Shown here: positions 1 through 10,249 of the stretch, one piece after another
Layout: each line of letters begins with the position of its first letter
Numbering within the stretch: the stretch's first letter is position 1
The notes under the pieces: generated by a model
What the model was told of the DNA's origin: nothing
The model's input: the letters and a program-made list of their open reading frames with translations, nothing else
Database searches by the model: none
Position numbers and translations under genes: made by a program
Source of the DNA: an uncultured Gemmataceae bacterium
Lineage (GTDB): Bacteria > Planctomycetota > Planctomycetia > Gemmatales > Gemmataceae
Direction of reading: 5' to 3'
NCBI GenBank assembly: GCA_963750165.1
Contig: CAVVPN010000003.1
Span: 160,001 to 224,000 of the forward strand
DNA: 64,000 nt

Positions 1-2
1 CG

Positions 3-2730
3 GCCCGGCTGCACCACACCAACATTGTGCCGGTCTTCGGCGTCGGCGAGCACGACGGCACTCCCTACTACGCCATGCAGTTCATCCAGGGCCTCGGATT
101 GGACGCTGTCATCAACGAGGTGCGCCGCCTGCAACACCCCGGCACGACGGACCCGGCCGACCCGACACCGGCGCCCACTCTCTCGCGTCGAGACGTGTCG
201 GCCGCGGACATGGCCCGCTCGCTGTTCACCCGGACGTTCCAGCCCCCCCTACCCGAGAACGTCGCCACGGCCACCCATGACTTCGGCCCGCAGGCTGCGC
301 CGCCGCCCGCCGCGCAGGCAATGCCCACCGCCGCACTGCCGGACACATTCTCCCTCTCGACCTCGGTTATTCTGCCGGGCCAGAGCGAAGCCGGGCGGAG
401 CGGCCGGCACGGCTACTGGCAGAGTGTGGCCAGCATTGGCGTCCAGGTGGCCGACGCCCTGGAGTACGCCCACAAACAGGGCTTTCTGCATCGCGACATC
501 AAGCCGTCGAATCTGCTGCTGGACACCGCCGGCATCGTCTGGGTCACCGACTTCGGCCTGGCCAAGGCCACCGCGGACGACGCCAACTTGACCGGCACCG
601 GCGACATCGTCGGCACGCTGCGCTACCTGGCGCCGGAGCGGTTCAGCGGCCCAGGGGACGTGCGCAGCGATGTCTACGCCCTCGGCCTGACGCTGTACGA
701 ACTGCTGACGCTGCGACCAGCCTTCACCGGCGGCGAGCGCAACCAGCTCATCAAGCGCATCCTGCACGACGACCCGACGCCGCCGCGGAAGATCAACCCG
801 GCCATCCCGCGCGACCTGGAAACAGTGGTGCTCAAGGCCCTGGCTCGCGAGCCGGAGCGTCGCTACCAGACGCCGGGCGAACTGGCCGCCGACCTGAAGC
901 GTTTCCTGGACGACCGGCCGGTCAGCGCCCGACCGGTGGGGGAAGTGGAAAAGCTCTGGCGCTGGTGCCGGCGCAACTCGACGCTGACGGCGCTGGCGGC
1001 CTGCCTGCTGGCCACGCTGGTGCTGGGGCTGATCGGCGTTTGCTGGAAGTGGCTGGAGGCGGAGCAGCAGCGCGAGGAGGCTCACCGCTCCGAACTGGAG
1101 GCCCGGGCCGAGCGGCTCGAGGCGCAGGATGAGCGGAAGAAGGCGCAGGATGAGCGGAAGAAAGCCCTGGAGGCCCAGGCCCGCGCCGAAGCGGCGCTGA
1201 AGGAGCAGGAGCGGGCGGCGAAGACGGCGGACCAGGTGGCCGACTTCCTCGTCGGCCTGTTCGAGCCGCGGAACCGCATCGCCATCGGCGCCACCAGCCT
1301 GGGCTTCAGCGGCGAGGTGAAGGACACCCTGCGGGCCGGCGATTTGCTCAAGCGCGGCCTGGAGCGGCTGAACACGGCGGAGTTGAAGGAGCAACCGTTG
1401 GTGCGGGCGCGGCTGCTGCACGAGATCGGTACCATTTACTTCGGGCTGGGGCAGACCGATGCCGCCGCGCCGCTGCTGGAGGAGGCGCTGCGCCTGCGGC
1501 GGCAGCTGCGGCCGGGCCACCCGGACCTGGCCCGCAGCCTGCTCGGCGCCGCCCGGATGAGGCTGGTCCACGAGAACCCCACGGCCCCCGACCTGCTCCG
1601 CGAGGCCATCGCCATCCTGCGGAAACAGCCCGACCCGGAGTCGCTGGAACTGGCCGAGGCCGAAACGATCCTGGCCGTCTACCTGTTGCAGTACGGCACC
1701 GACGAGGCGCGGGAAATCATCCCCCTGATGGAGCGGGCGCGGGCCATCCGTGTGCGGCGCCTGGGGCCGTACGACCTGCAGACGATCTCGACCACCTGGT
1801 TGTTCGCCGACTTCTGCCTCAGGGTCGGGGACAAAACCCGGGCGCTGAAACTGCACGCCGAGGTGATGGAGGCGATCGAGAAGTGCCCGGACGACCCGGA
1901 GCTGATCGCCTGCATCCGGCTGAGCACGCGGGCGTTCCAGACGATGCTGGTGCTCGGGCCGCGGGCCGCCCTGCCGGGCTGGCGGCAGACGCTGGCGCAG
2001 GTGCGCAAGGTGTTCGGCGACGACCATTTCCTGACCGTCTGGGCCAAGCTCGAGTTCGGCAGGCAACTCTACGACGTCGGGGACCACGAACTCCTGGTCG
2101 AGGCGGTGCGGTCATACGAGGAGTGCGCGAAGTCCAGCGAACGCTGGGGCATCAGCCGGCGCTGGGTGCTGGGGAGTATCCATCATCAACTCGGCCGGAC
2201 CCTGATACGCCTGAGCCGCTTGTCGGAGGCCGAGAAGGAACTGCGCCAGGCCGTCGCCCAGTTCCGCAAGGCGCGCCCGGAACAGAACCACGACCTGCCG
2301 CACACCCTGCAGTTGCTGGCCTACGTGTGTGCCCATGCTGCCGAACCGGAGAAGCGGGCGGAGGTCGAGGGGTTGCTGAAGGAGGCCGTGGCCGTGAGCC
2401 GGACCAACCCGAACGTCCCCGCCTTCCGCCGGGCGCACGCGCTGATGGACTACGGCCGCTGCCGCCTGAGCCGCGGCGACGCCGCGGCGGTCGTGCCGCT
2501 GTTCACCGAGGCCCACGCGCTCCGCAGCCAGGAGGCAGACATTCCCCGGGTGGAGGTCGCCGAGGCCCTGGCCTTCCGCTCGGCGGCGCTGCGGAAACTA
2601 GGCCAGACGGAGGCGGCGGACGCGGACCAGCGCGCGGCGGAGCAACTGCTGACGGTGCCGGGCGGCGCCCCCTCGGTGGCGCATGCGCACCCTCGAAGCT
2701 CTCAAGGGGGATGTGGGCAGCTGGCCGTGA
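3..2730 (+). CDS. Hanks-type Ser/Thr protein kinase with TM helix, coiled coil and TPR-like C-terminus (5'-truncated by window edge)
   Basis: HRDIKPSN, DFGLAK and GTLRYLAPE motifs, a TM segment and helical repeats. The ORF track runs to 2870. Removing one C at ~2691 gives ...HLEALKGDVGSWP* ending at TGA 2728-2730, so the true end is probably 2730. Confidence 0.9.
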
Positions 2731-2872
2731 GCGGGCACGGGCACGCCGGCAGCGTTTCGCGGAAGGCGCTTGACAACCGCCCGCCAACGGGCGGAAATGG
2801 AAGCCAGCGAGCCGGACGCGCTCCGGCAGTCAACGGGCATCGGGGTGCCGACTTCAACCACGAGGAGTGAAC

Positions 2873-3388
2873 ATGTACCGCGTGATCGGGACGGTCCTGG
2901 TGCTGGCGGCGGCCGTCGGCGTGGTCCAGGGACAGGGGCAACCACAGCCGCAGCCCATGCCCAAGGATGTCACCAGGAACTTCGACATGGGCCCGCTGAG
3001 CAAGTATTTCAGACTGGTGAAGGCGCAGCACATCAAGCGCGAGGCAGGCGATCCTCCTATCGGGGGCTTCGGCGGGAAAAAGGGCAAAGGCGGGATGTCT
3101 GCGCTGGCCGCGGGTCGGGAAGCCATCATCCTGCGCTTGGAGGCGCTCAAGGATCTGAACCCGTCCAGCGTGTCGTTCAAGGCGGGCATTTTCGACAAGG
3201 ACCGGCTGTTGCTCGGTGCCGTGACGGTCTACCTGAGCCCGGATTTTCCGCTGAAGGGCGGCGAGTCCATCCAGGCCACCATTGCCCTGCCGACGACCTT
3301 GCCGGAGGGGCACCGGCTGGTCATTCGCCAGGTGACGCCCGACCCCGACAGCGGCATGGGGGGATTCAAGAAGAAGAAGGAATTTTAG
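2873..3388 (+). CDS. Secreted hypothetical protein (paralog 1)
   Basis: GAGGAG RBS at ~2862, signal peptide MYRVIGTVLVLAAAVG; shares blocks (KDVTR.F..G.L.KYF.LVKA, LEA.KD, FK.G.FDK, RLVIRQVT) with the next gene. Confidence 0.8.
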   Translation: MYRVIGTVLVLAAAVGVVQGQGQPQPQPMPKDVTRNFDMGPLSKYFRLVKAQHIKREAGDPPIGGFGGKKGKGGMSALAAGREAIILRLEALKDLNPSSVSFKAGIFDKDRLLLGAVTVYLSPDFPLKGGESIQATIALPTTLPEGHRLVIRQVTPDPDSGMGGFKKKKEF

Positions 3389-3440
3389 ACCGATCCGAGC
3401 TTTTCACACCGGAGTGCCGACTCCAACCACGGGAGGAACC

Positions 3441-3935
3441 ATGTATCGCATGATCGGGACGATCCTGGTGCTGGCGGCCGCCGCCGCGGCCAAGGGACAG
3501 CCGCAGCAAGCGGAAAAGAAAGACGTCACCCGGACGTTTGCACCGGGCCAGCTGGAAAAATACTTCAAGCTGGTGAAGGCCGAACTGGTCGTTGAGGAAA
3601 GTGGTCCGTCCAAGTCAGTAAAAGGTACCACCTCGGAGACTTACTCCCTGAAACTGGAGGCGATCAAGGACGTGGACCTGTCCGCGCTGCACTTCAAGGT
3701 GGGCCTGTTCGACAAGAACCGCGAGGCGCTGCGATCAACCTCCCTCCGCTTCCGGGCCCAACTGCCCTTGCTACGCGGGGAGTCCGTCACCGCCTCGTTT
3801 ATCCTGCCGAATGATCGTCAGGAGGGCAACCGGTTGGTGATTCGCCAGGTCACCGTCGCGAACACCGACTCCGCGTCGGGCCCTGGCTTTACGGGGAAGG
3901 GGAAGGGTGGGAAGGGCAAAGGCAAGGGACAATGA
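3441..3935 (+). CDS. Secreted hypothetical protein (paralog 2)
   Basis: GGAGG RBS, signal peptide MYRMIGTILVLAAAAA, clear tandem paralog of 2873..3388, G/K-rich tail. Confidence 0.8.
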   Translation: MYRMIGTILVLAAAAAAKGQPQQAEKKDVTRTFAPGQLEKYFKLVKAELVVEESGPSKSVKGTTSETYSLKLEAIKDVDLSALHFKVGLFDKNREALRSTSLRFRAQLPLLRGESVTASFILPNDRQEGNRLVIRQVTVANTDSASGPGFTGKGKGGKGKGKGQ

Positions 3936-3943
3936 GCCTCTCA

Positions 3944-3960
3944 TTTCTGCCGCTTGCGGC
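3944..3960. repeat. Short GCCGC-AA-GCGGC-AGAA(A) repeat ('KPQAA' family); other copies at 31558-31576, 33483-33500, 40759-40777
   Basis: Four near-identical copies of GCCGCAAGCGGCAGAA in either orientation. Confidence 0.8.
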
Positions 3961-3983
3961 CAAGCGCGTTCGGAAGCAATAAA

Positions 3984-4044
3984 CGTCTCCGAGCCGCGCA
4001 CGGAGCGTACTCGCGGCGTACGCTCCGTGCGCGGCTCGGAGACG
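3984..4044. repeat. Perfect 27-bp inverted repeat between convergent genes (REP-like or bidirectional terminator)
   Basis: cgtctccgagccgcgcacggagcgtac-7nt-gtacgctccgtgcgcggctcggagacg. Confidence 0.85.
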
Positions 4045-4045
4045 C

Positions 4046-7000
4046 TCACTGCATCTTGTTCCTGGCCTTCTGCAAGCCCGTCCGGGCCGGCACGCTGTTG
4101 GGCTCCAGGGCCAGGGCCGCCTCGAAGTCGCGCTGGGCCTCGATGAAACGCCGCGCCGCCAGATGTCGCTGGCCCTCCTGCATGTGCAGCGTGTACCCGA
4201 CCACACGGATGCGCTCCTTCGCCACTGCGTCCGTCGGCACGAACTTCAGCGCGTCCTGGTACGCCTTGATGGCGTCCGCCCACCGCTGCTGTCTCTCCAG
4301 CGTCAGCGCGTCCTGCATCTTCCGGTTGAACGCCGCGAGTACCTGCGGGTTCGGCTGCGCCGCCAGCGCCCGCTGGGCGTCGCGATAGCTCTGCTGGGCC
4401 TGGGTGCTGTTGGGGTACAGCTTCAGCGCGGCACCGAAGAGGTTCACGGCGTCCGCGTACTTCTTGACCCCCAGCGCCGATTTGCCCTGTTTCATCAAGC
4501 TGGTAAAGTCGGCGAGTTTCTTGGCCTCCGCCGCCTTCTGCTTCTGCGCCAGATCCCGGGCGAGGCGCTCGTCGTTGACAGCCTTCTGCGCCTGGGCCAG
4601 CAGCGGGCCGACGGTCGGGTTCGTCGGCAGCAGCTGCTTCGCCGCGCTGAAGGACTGTACGGCGTCGGCGTAGCGTTTGGCGGTCATCGCTTTCTGACCG
4701 CTCTGGATCAGGGCGTTGAAATCATTCAGTTTCTTGGCCGCCGCCGCCTTCTGCTTCTGCGCCAGGTCCTGGGCGGTGCGGTCATCCTCGACCCCCCGGG
4801 CCGCCTGAGCCAGCAACGGCGCCACGGCTGGGTTGTCGGGCGACAACTGCTTCGCGTCCTGGAACAGCTTCAGAGCCTCGGCGTATTTTTTCGCCGCCAG
4901 CGCGGCCTGCCCCTGCTTGAGCAGGGCGTTGTACGTCTCGAGCTTTTTCGCCGCGGCCGCCTGCTGCTTCAGTTTGGCGTCGGCCTCGGCGGCGTCCCGG
5001 CGGGCCTTCTCCTGCGCCAGCTGCTGCTGCAGCTTTTCATAAGCCGCCGGGTCCTTCGTTTTGGCCTGCCCGGCGACCGCCTGCGTCAGCAGCGCTTCCA
5101 CGGCGGCGGTCTTTTTGGCCTGCTTCGCCGCCTGCAGCGCGGCGATGGCGGCGTCGTACTTCTGCGACTTCAGCAACCGCTGGCCCTCAGCGAAATTGCT
5201 TTGATAGACCAGGTCGGCCTGCTTCTGTTGCTGCGCCAGCCGGGCCTTTTCCACACCGAGCCGCCGCTGCCGCTCCTGCTCCAGCTGGGCGCGAGCGGCC
5301 GTCAACTGAGCGTCGCGCGCCTTCAGCTCCGCCGCCAGCCGCAGGGACCGATCCGCATCCGCCTGCTGCCCCGCGGCTTGCCGTGCCTTCGCCAATTCGC
5401 GGGAAACGCCGTCGTCCTTGCGGAGAGCCAGCGCCGCCTCGAACGACTTCACCGACAGTGGGTAATTCTTGACCGTCAGAGCCCGCCGCGCCTGGTCGAG
5501 CAACTGCTGATACGCCAGGTTCTGTGCCTGCTGCCGTTGCTTCTCTGGCACCGTCTTCAACTGCGCGGCCCTGGTCTGCTGCGCCAGGTCCAGCTGCTGT
5601 TGCTGGAACGCGATGGCCTCCACCTGTTGCCGCTCGTACTCCTGCCGCCGGGCTTTCCGCCACGCCTCGCGGTGCGCCAGGTTGCCGTCGCGCTCGATGA
5701 AGTAGAGCAGTTCCACGTTCCCGGGCCGCAACTTCAGTGCGTCGCGGTAGAGTTCCAGGGCCAGCAGGAAATTGCCGCCCTGCCGCTGCTGCCCGGCCTG
5801 CGCCAGCAAGGCGTTGTACTGCTGCGCCTGGTTCTGGTACGCCAGCCGCTCCTCTGGCGACATCAGCGTCAACCGGGCCAACTCGAACAGCCGCCATTTC
5901 AACTCGTCGGGGTTGCGCACGTTGAGGCGCCCGGTGCCGCGCAGGAAACCGTACTCGGCGTCCACCAGGTACGTGGTCACGTGAATGCCGGCCGCCTCGC
6001 GGACATCTCCGAGCACGAAATACTGAATGTTCAGCGCCCGGCCAAGCCAGCGACGGGCGTAGGGGTTGGTGAGCAAGTCGCCGACGCTGATGCCGGCTCG
6101 ACCCATGTACCAGTACAGCACATCGGGGTCCACGACCTCCATCGGCGGCGAAAAATACGGAGCCAGCTGCCACGGCGTCCACAGCGACAGGCCGGGCGGC
6201 GTCGTGGCCGGGTTGCCGGAGACCACGAACGGCAGGAACGCGACGCGCGGTCGCGGCGGCGGCACATCGATCACGACTGTCGGGGCCGGCGGCAGCAGCG
6301 GCAACAGTCGGTCCATGCGCAGCCGCACATCGAGATTGGTCGGAGCCAGGCGCAGCGCGAATTCATAATGGGGCCGCGCCTCGGCGTAGCGGCCGCGCAG
6401 GAACAGGTTGTCGCCCATCTGCAGCGCGATCACCAGCAGACGCTGTTGCACGAGCACTTCCTGCTGGCCGCCCGGCACGATGGTCGGCAGCGGCTGGCCG
6501 GCCGGCGGCAGCACCAGCTGCTGGAAGTTCCCGGGCTGCAAGCCGACCAGCGTCGGCGGCCGATTGACGTTGACGAGGATCGGCGGCGGTGGCTGCTGCA
6601 CCTGCCGCGGCGGCAGCGGCGGCAGCGGCGCATCGACCGGCAGCGGCGGGTTGAAGTCTTTCTGCGGCTGCTGGGCGCGCTTCGTCTCGAGCGCGATACG
6701 ATCCGCGTCGCTCATCAGCAGCTGGTCGGCCAAATCGGGCAGGGCCAGCAGCGCCGCCTCGGGCGTGGCCGCGACCAGCTTGCCTGTCTGCACTACCAGG
6801 CCGGTCTTCACGTCCACCAACCGGGCGTCGATGGTGACGCCACCCAGCGGCGAGACGCTGCCGAGCACCAGATAACGGGCCTTCGTCAGCCGGCCGACCG
6901 CTTTCTGCTGGGCCGCGTCGTCGCCGAGCTGGCCCGCCTGCAATTTCAGCTCCTCGACCACCTTGGCCAGTTGGCCGCGCTCGACCAGATCGTAGCGCTT

Positions 7001-7945
7001 CTTGAACAGCGGCAGCAAATTGTCGGCGACCTCACGGCCGGCGGCGGGGAAGCCGACCTCGCCACGCACCTCAAAGTCCGCGACGGTCAGCAGGTCGCGG
7101 CGGTTCTCCAGGGCCAGCGCTACCTCGTCGATCTCCTGGCGGACCTGCGGCGTGTCCCACGCCCTGGCTGCGGTCTGCAACAGGGCCAGGGCGTCTTCCA
7201 GGCGGGCGGCGTCCTTGCGCAACTCCGCCGCCTGCTGACGGCTGTCGTCGTAGCTCTGAAGCGACGCGCGAACGGCAGCGAGACGGTCCTTGAGCTGATC
7301 GTCCTGGCCGAACTGCAGGGCCTGCTCCAGCGCCAGAGCCTCGGCGCGAAGGTTTTTGTCCTTCGCGGCGGCCGCGGCGTCGGCCTTGAAGCGGGCGAAT
7401 TTTTCGTCATCGTTCTTGAGCTGGGCGCCGACGAGAGCATCGGCCTGGAGCTTGAGCCGGGTGAGCTTCGCCGCGGCGTCGGTGCCGCCGTACAGCTGCA
7501 GCGCTGCCGTGATTAGCTCGGCCGCCTTCGCCGGGTCGCCCTGCGCGAGCACCTTCTCGATGTCCGCGATGATTCTGTCGGCGGCGGCCTGCCGGTCGAT
7601 GCGCATGCGCAACTTGGCGATTTCGATTTTCAGCGTGTCGGATGGCTTGAGGGCCTGGGCCGCCTCCAGCGCGGTGAGGGCGGCGCCGTACTCGCGCTCG
7701 GACAGCAGCCGCAGGCCGTCGGCCAGGGCGGCGTCGTACTTCTCCTGGTTCGTCAGCCCACGATCCTGGGGCTTGCGGTTGTCGGGCCGCGGTTTGGGCT
7801 TGGGGGCGGGCCGGACAGGCTTGCGGTCCTTCTTTTCCGGTACAACGGTGACTTCCGGATCGCTGGCGTTCTGGCCGGAGCAACCGGTCAGCAGGGCACC
7901 CGTTAAGAACAGCGCGAGCAGCAAGAACAGGCCTATCCTTCGCAT
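4046..7945 (-). CDS. Large lipoprotein with CsgG/FlgO-like domains and TPR repeats
   Basis: Lipobox LLTGC; LTVADF...YDLVERGQLAKVVEELKL...ARYLVLGSV (CsgG-like); a second similar domain at RVAFLPF; many TPR helices. Confidence 0.8.
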   Translation of the reverse strand: MRRIGLFLLLALFLTGALLTGCSGQNASDPEVTVVPEKKDRKPVRPAPKPKPRPDNRKPQDRGLTNQEKYDAALADGLRLLSEREYGAALTALEAAQALKPSDTLKIEIAKLRMRIDRQAAADRIIADIEKVLAQGDPAKAAELITAALQLYGGTDAAAKLTRLKLQADALVGAQLKNDDEKFARFKADAAAAAKDKNLRAEALALEQALQFGQDDQLKDRLAAVRASLQSYDDSRQQAAELRKDAARLEDALALLQTAARAWDTPQVRQEIDEVALALENRRDLLTVADFEVRGEVGFPAAGREVADNLLPLFKKRYDLVERGQLAKVVEELKLQAGQLGDDAAQQKAVGRLTKARYLVLGSVSPLGGVTIDARLVDVKTGLVVQTGKLVAATPEAALLALPDLADQLLMSDADRIALETKRAQQPQKDFNPPLPVDAPLPPLPPRQVQQPPPPILVNVNRPPTLVGLQPGNFQQLVLPPAGQPLPTIVPGGQQEVLVQQRLLVIALQMGDNLFLRGRYAEARPHYEFALRLAPTNLDVRLRMDRLLPLLPPAPTVVIDVPPPRPRVAFLPFVVSGNPATTPPGLSLWTPWQLAPYFSPPMEVVDPDVLYWYMGRAGISVGDLLTNPYARRWLGRALNIQYFVLGDVREAAGIHVTTYLVDAEYGFLRGTGRLNVRNPDELKWRLFELARLTLMSPEERLAYQNQAQQYNALLAQAGQQRQGGNFLLALELYRDALKLRPGNVELLYFIERDGNLAHREAWRKARRQEYERQQVEAIAFQQQQLDLAQQTRAAQLKTVPEKQRQQAQNLAYQQLLDQARRALTVKNYPLSVKSFEAALALRKDDGVSRELAKARQAAGQQADADRSLRLAAELKARDAQLTAARAQLEQERQRRLGVEKARLAQQQKQADLVYQSNFAEGQRLLKSQKYDAAIAALQAAKQAKKTAAVEALLTQAVAGQAKTKDPAAYEKLQQQLAQEKARRDAAEADAKLKQQAAAAKKLETYNALLKQGQAALAAKKYAEALKLFQDAKQLSPDNPAVAPLLAQAARGVEDDRTAQDLAQKQKAAAAKKLNDFNALIQSGQKAMTAKRYADAVQSFSAAKQLLPTNPTVGPLLAQAQKAVNDERLARDLAQKQKAAEAKKLADFTSLMKQGKSALGVKKYADAVNLFGAALKLYPNSTQAQQSYRDAQRALAAQPNPQVLAAFNRKMQDALTLERQQRWADAIKAYQDALKFVPTDAVAKERIRVVGYTLHMQEGQRHLAARRFIEAQRDFEAALALEPNSVPARTGLQKARNKMQ

Positions 7946-8239
7946 GAGGCGGTCTCCAGTCAGCAGTTGCGGGCGTCGGTCCCGGGCAGGCCGGCGTCGA
8001 ACATCAAAGTGCAGATGGGACGTTCAAGGGAAAACGCCGGACTCGGCCAAACTTGCGCCCGGCCGGCTCCGAATCGTCAGCAATGCGTGAATCGATCATA
8101 CTGGGCGCGCGGGAGGACGTACAAGTTTTTTATCGTCGTTGTTTTGCGGGAAGGGTTCCAGCCTGTCGAGAAGGACGACAGAGCCTGTGAAGCCTGGTAC
8201 AATCCCCGGAGCAAGGGCAGGGATTCAACCGAGGACGCC

Positions 8240-9430
8240 ATGGACGCTGAAGAATTGTTCCGCCGTTACCAGCAGCTGCAATCCTACGTCGGCTGGACCG
8301 ACGCCGACGCCCAGCGTGTCGCCGCCGTGCGGCCGTACCTCGAAGCGCTGCTGCCGCCGATGATCGACGACTTTTACGCCGAGATCGAGCGGCACACCGA
8401 GACGCGCCGCGTCATTACCGGCGGCGCCGAGCAGATCGCTCGCCTCAAGGGCACCCTGCTCAAGTGGATTCAGGAGTTGCTCTCGGGCCAGTACGACCGC
8501 GATTACGTTCACCGCCGCTGGCGCGTGGGCTGGCGGCACGTGGACATCGGCCTGGACCAGCGCTACACCAACGCCGCCCTGTCGCGGCTGCGCGGCGGCC
8601 TGGTGCTCGCCATCCAGAAGACCTGGACCGGCACCGTCGCGGACAAGCAGGAGACCGTGCGCTCGCTCAACCGCCTGCTCGACCTGGACCTGGCCATCAT
8701 CGAGGACGCTTATCAGGAGGAGTACGCCAACCGGCTGCAGCGCAGCGAACGCATGGCCACCATCGGCCAGGTCGCCGGCGGCGTCGCCCACGAGTTGCGC
8801 AATCCCCTCAACGTCGTCAAGACCTCCATCTATTACCTGCTCAACGCCCGCGCCGCCAACGAGGAAAAGAAGCTGGAACACCTGCAGCGCATCGAGCGGC
8901 AGGTGCTGCTGGCCGACTCGGTCATCACGGCGCTGACCAACTTCGCCAGGCTGCCGGTGCCGAACCTCAAGCCGGTGCCGCTGGCTGCCTGCGTGCGGCA
9001 AACGCTGGAGTTCACGCCGCTGCCGCCGCACGTCGAGGTGGTCCTCGACCTGCCCGACACCCTGCCAGCGGCCCTGGCCGATGGCGACCAGCTGCGGATC
9101 GTCCTGAGCAACCTGATCCGCAACGCCCGGGAGGCCATGCCGAAGGGCGGCAAGCTGACGCTGGCGGGCCAATCCGCGGACGGCAGCGTCGAATTGTTAG
9201 TCGGCGACACCGGCGTCGGCATCGCCGACGACGACCTGCACCGCGTCATGGAGCCGTTGTTTTCGACCAAGGCGCGCGGCCTGGGTTTGGGGCTGGCCAT
9301 TGCGCGCTCGATTCTGGAGAAAAACCAGGGAACTTTGCGCGTCCAGAGTATGCCGGGCCAGGGCAGCACGTTCACCGTCCGCCTGCCCGCAGCACCGGCC
9401 GCGGCCGCCGGGGAGGGTTCCGTACCATGA
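8240..9430 (+). CDS. Globin-coupled sensor histidine kinase (protoglobin + HisKA + HATPase)
   Basis: Globin motifs DDFYAEI and RVGWRHVDIGL (proximal His); H-box AHELRNPL; N box NLIRNA; G boxes DTGVGI and GLGLGLAI; GAGG RBS before ATG 8240. Confidence 0.92.
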   Translation: MDAEELFRRYQQLQSYVGWTDADAQRVAAVRPYLEALLPPMIDDFYAEIERHTETRRVITGGAEQIARLKGTLLKWIQELLSGQYDRDYVHRRWRVGWRHVDIGLDQRYTNAALSRLRGGLVLAIQKTWTGTVADKQETVRSLNRLLDLDLAIIEDAYQEEYANRLQRSERMATIGQVAGGVAHELRNPLNVVKTSIYYLLNARAANEEKKLEHLQRIERQVLLADSVITALTNFARLPVPNLKPVPLAACVRQTLEFTPLPPHVEVVLDLPDTLPAALADGDQLRIVLSNLIRNAREAMPKGGKLTLAGQSADGSVELLVGDTGVGIADDDLHRVMEPLFSTKARGLGLGLAIARSILEKNQGTLRVQSMPGQGSTFTVRLPAAPAAAAGEGSVP

Positions 9431-10173
9431 ACACCGCCTCCGTCCTCATCGTGGATGACGATGTGGACACCTGTAACAACCTCGCCGACATCCTGACCGA
9501 CCTGGGCTATGGTGTCACGACTGCCCACGACGGCTTCAGCGCCCTGGAACTGGTGCGGCAGCAGCCGTTCGACGTGGCCCTGCTCGACCTGAAGATGCCC
9601 GGCATGGACGGCCTGACGCTGTTCCGCGCCATCAAGGCCATCCGCGCCGGCACCGTGGCGCTGCTGGTCACGGCCTTCGCCGGCAGCACCACCGCCGAGG
9701 AAGCCCTGGCCGCGGGCGCCTGGAAGGTGCTCGCCAAACCGGTGGACATCCCGAAGTTGCTCGGCCTGGTGCAAACCGCTCTCGATCAGCCTCTGGTCAT
9801 GGTCGTGGACGACGACCAGGATTTGTGCGCTTCGCTGTGGGATGTGCTGCGCGATCAGGGCTACCGCGTCCACCTGGCCCACGAGGCCCACGACGCCGCC
9901 GACCGCCTGCGCGAGCGGACCTTCCATGTCGTGCTCATCGACATGAAGTTGCCCGACGGCGACGGCACCAGCGTCTTCCGCCTGGTGCGGCAGAACAACC
10001 CCGAGGCCCGCACTGTGGTCATCACCGGACTGCGCTCCGAGACGGAGCAGATGGTGCAGCAGGTGATGAAGGAAGGGGCCGACGCCGTGTGTTACAAGCC
10101 GTTCGACGTGGTTGGACTGCTCCAGACGCTGCGGCAATTGACGGAACGGCGCCGCGACGAGCGAGGATCGTGA
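9427..10173 (+). CDS. Response regulator with two tandem receiver domains and no output domain
   Basis: IVDDD...LLDLKMPGMDG...KP, then VVDDD...LIDMKLPDGDG...KP; ATGA overlap with the upstream kinase. Confidence 0.92.
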   Translation: MNTASVLIVDDDVDTCNNLADILTDLGYGVTTAHDGFSALELVRQQPFDVALLDLKMPGMDGLTLFRAIKAIRAGTVALLVTAFAGSTTAEEALAAGAWKVLAKPVDIPKLLGLVQTALDQPLVMVVDDDQDLCASLWDVLRDQGYRVHLAHEAHDAADRLRERTFHVVLIDMKLPDGDGTSVFRLVRQNNPEARTVVITGLRSETEQMVQQVMKEGADAVCYKPFDVVGLLQTLRQLTERRRDERGS

Positions 10174-10180
10174 TGTGGTG

Positions 10181-10229
10181 TCCGAGCCCGAGGGCCAGCG
10201 CTGGCCCCGCGCTGGCGCTCGGGCTCGGA
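10181..10229. repeat. Palindromic repeat family CCCGAGCGCCAGCG...CGCTGGCGCTCGGG; other copies at 13577-13638 and 44075-44135
   Basis: Three intergenic copies with similar arms and variable loops. Confidence 0.8.
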
Positions 10230-10249
10230 TTCAATGCCGGGGGAACCGC

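Noticed and set aside
1120..1161. 21-bp tandem duplication in the kinase (AQDERKK twice)
   Set aside because: An ordinary in-frame heptad expansion in a coiled coil.
4163..7516. Long antisense or alternative-frame ORFs (e.g. 4163..7516, 41323..44049, 36913..39141, 27819..30041)
   Set aside because: Shadow ORFs expected in high-GC DNA opposite real genes; no recognisable motifs.
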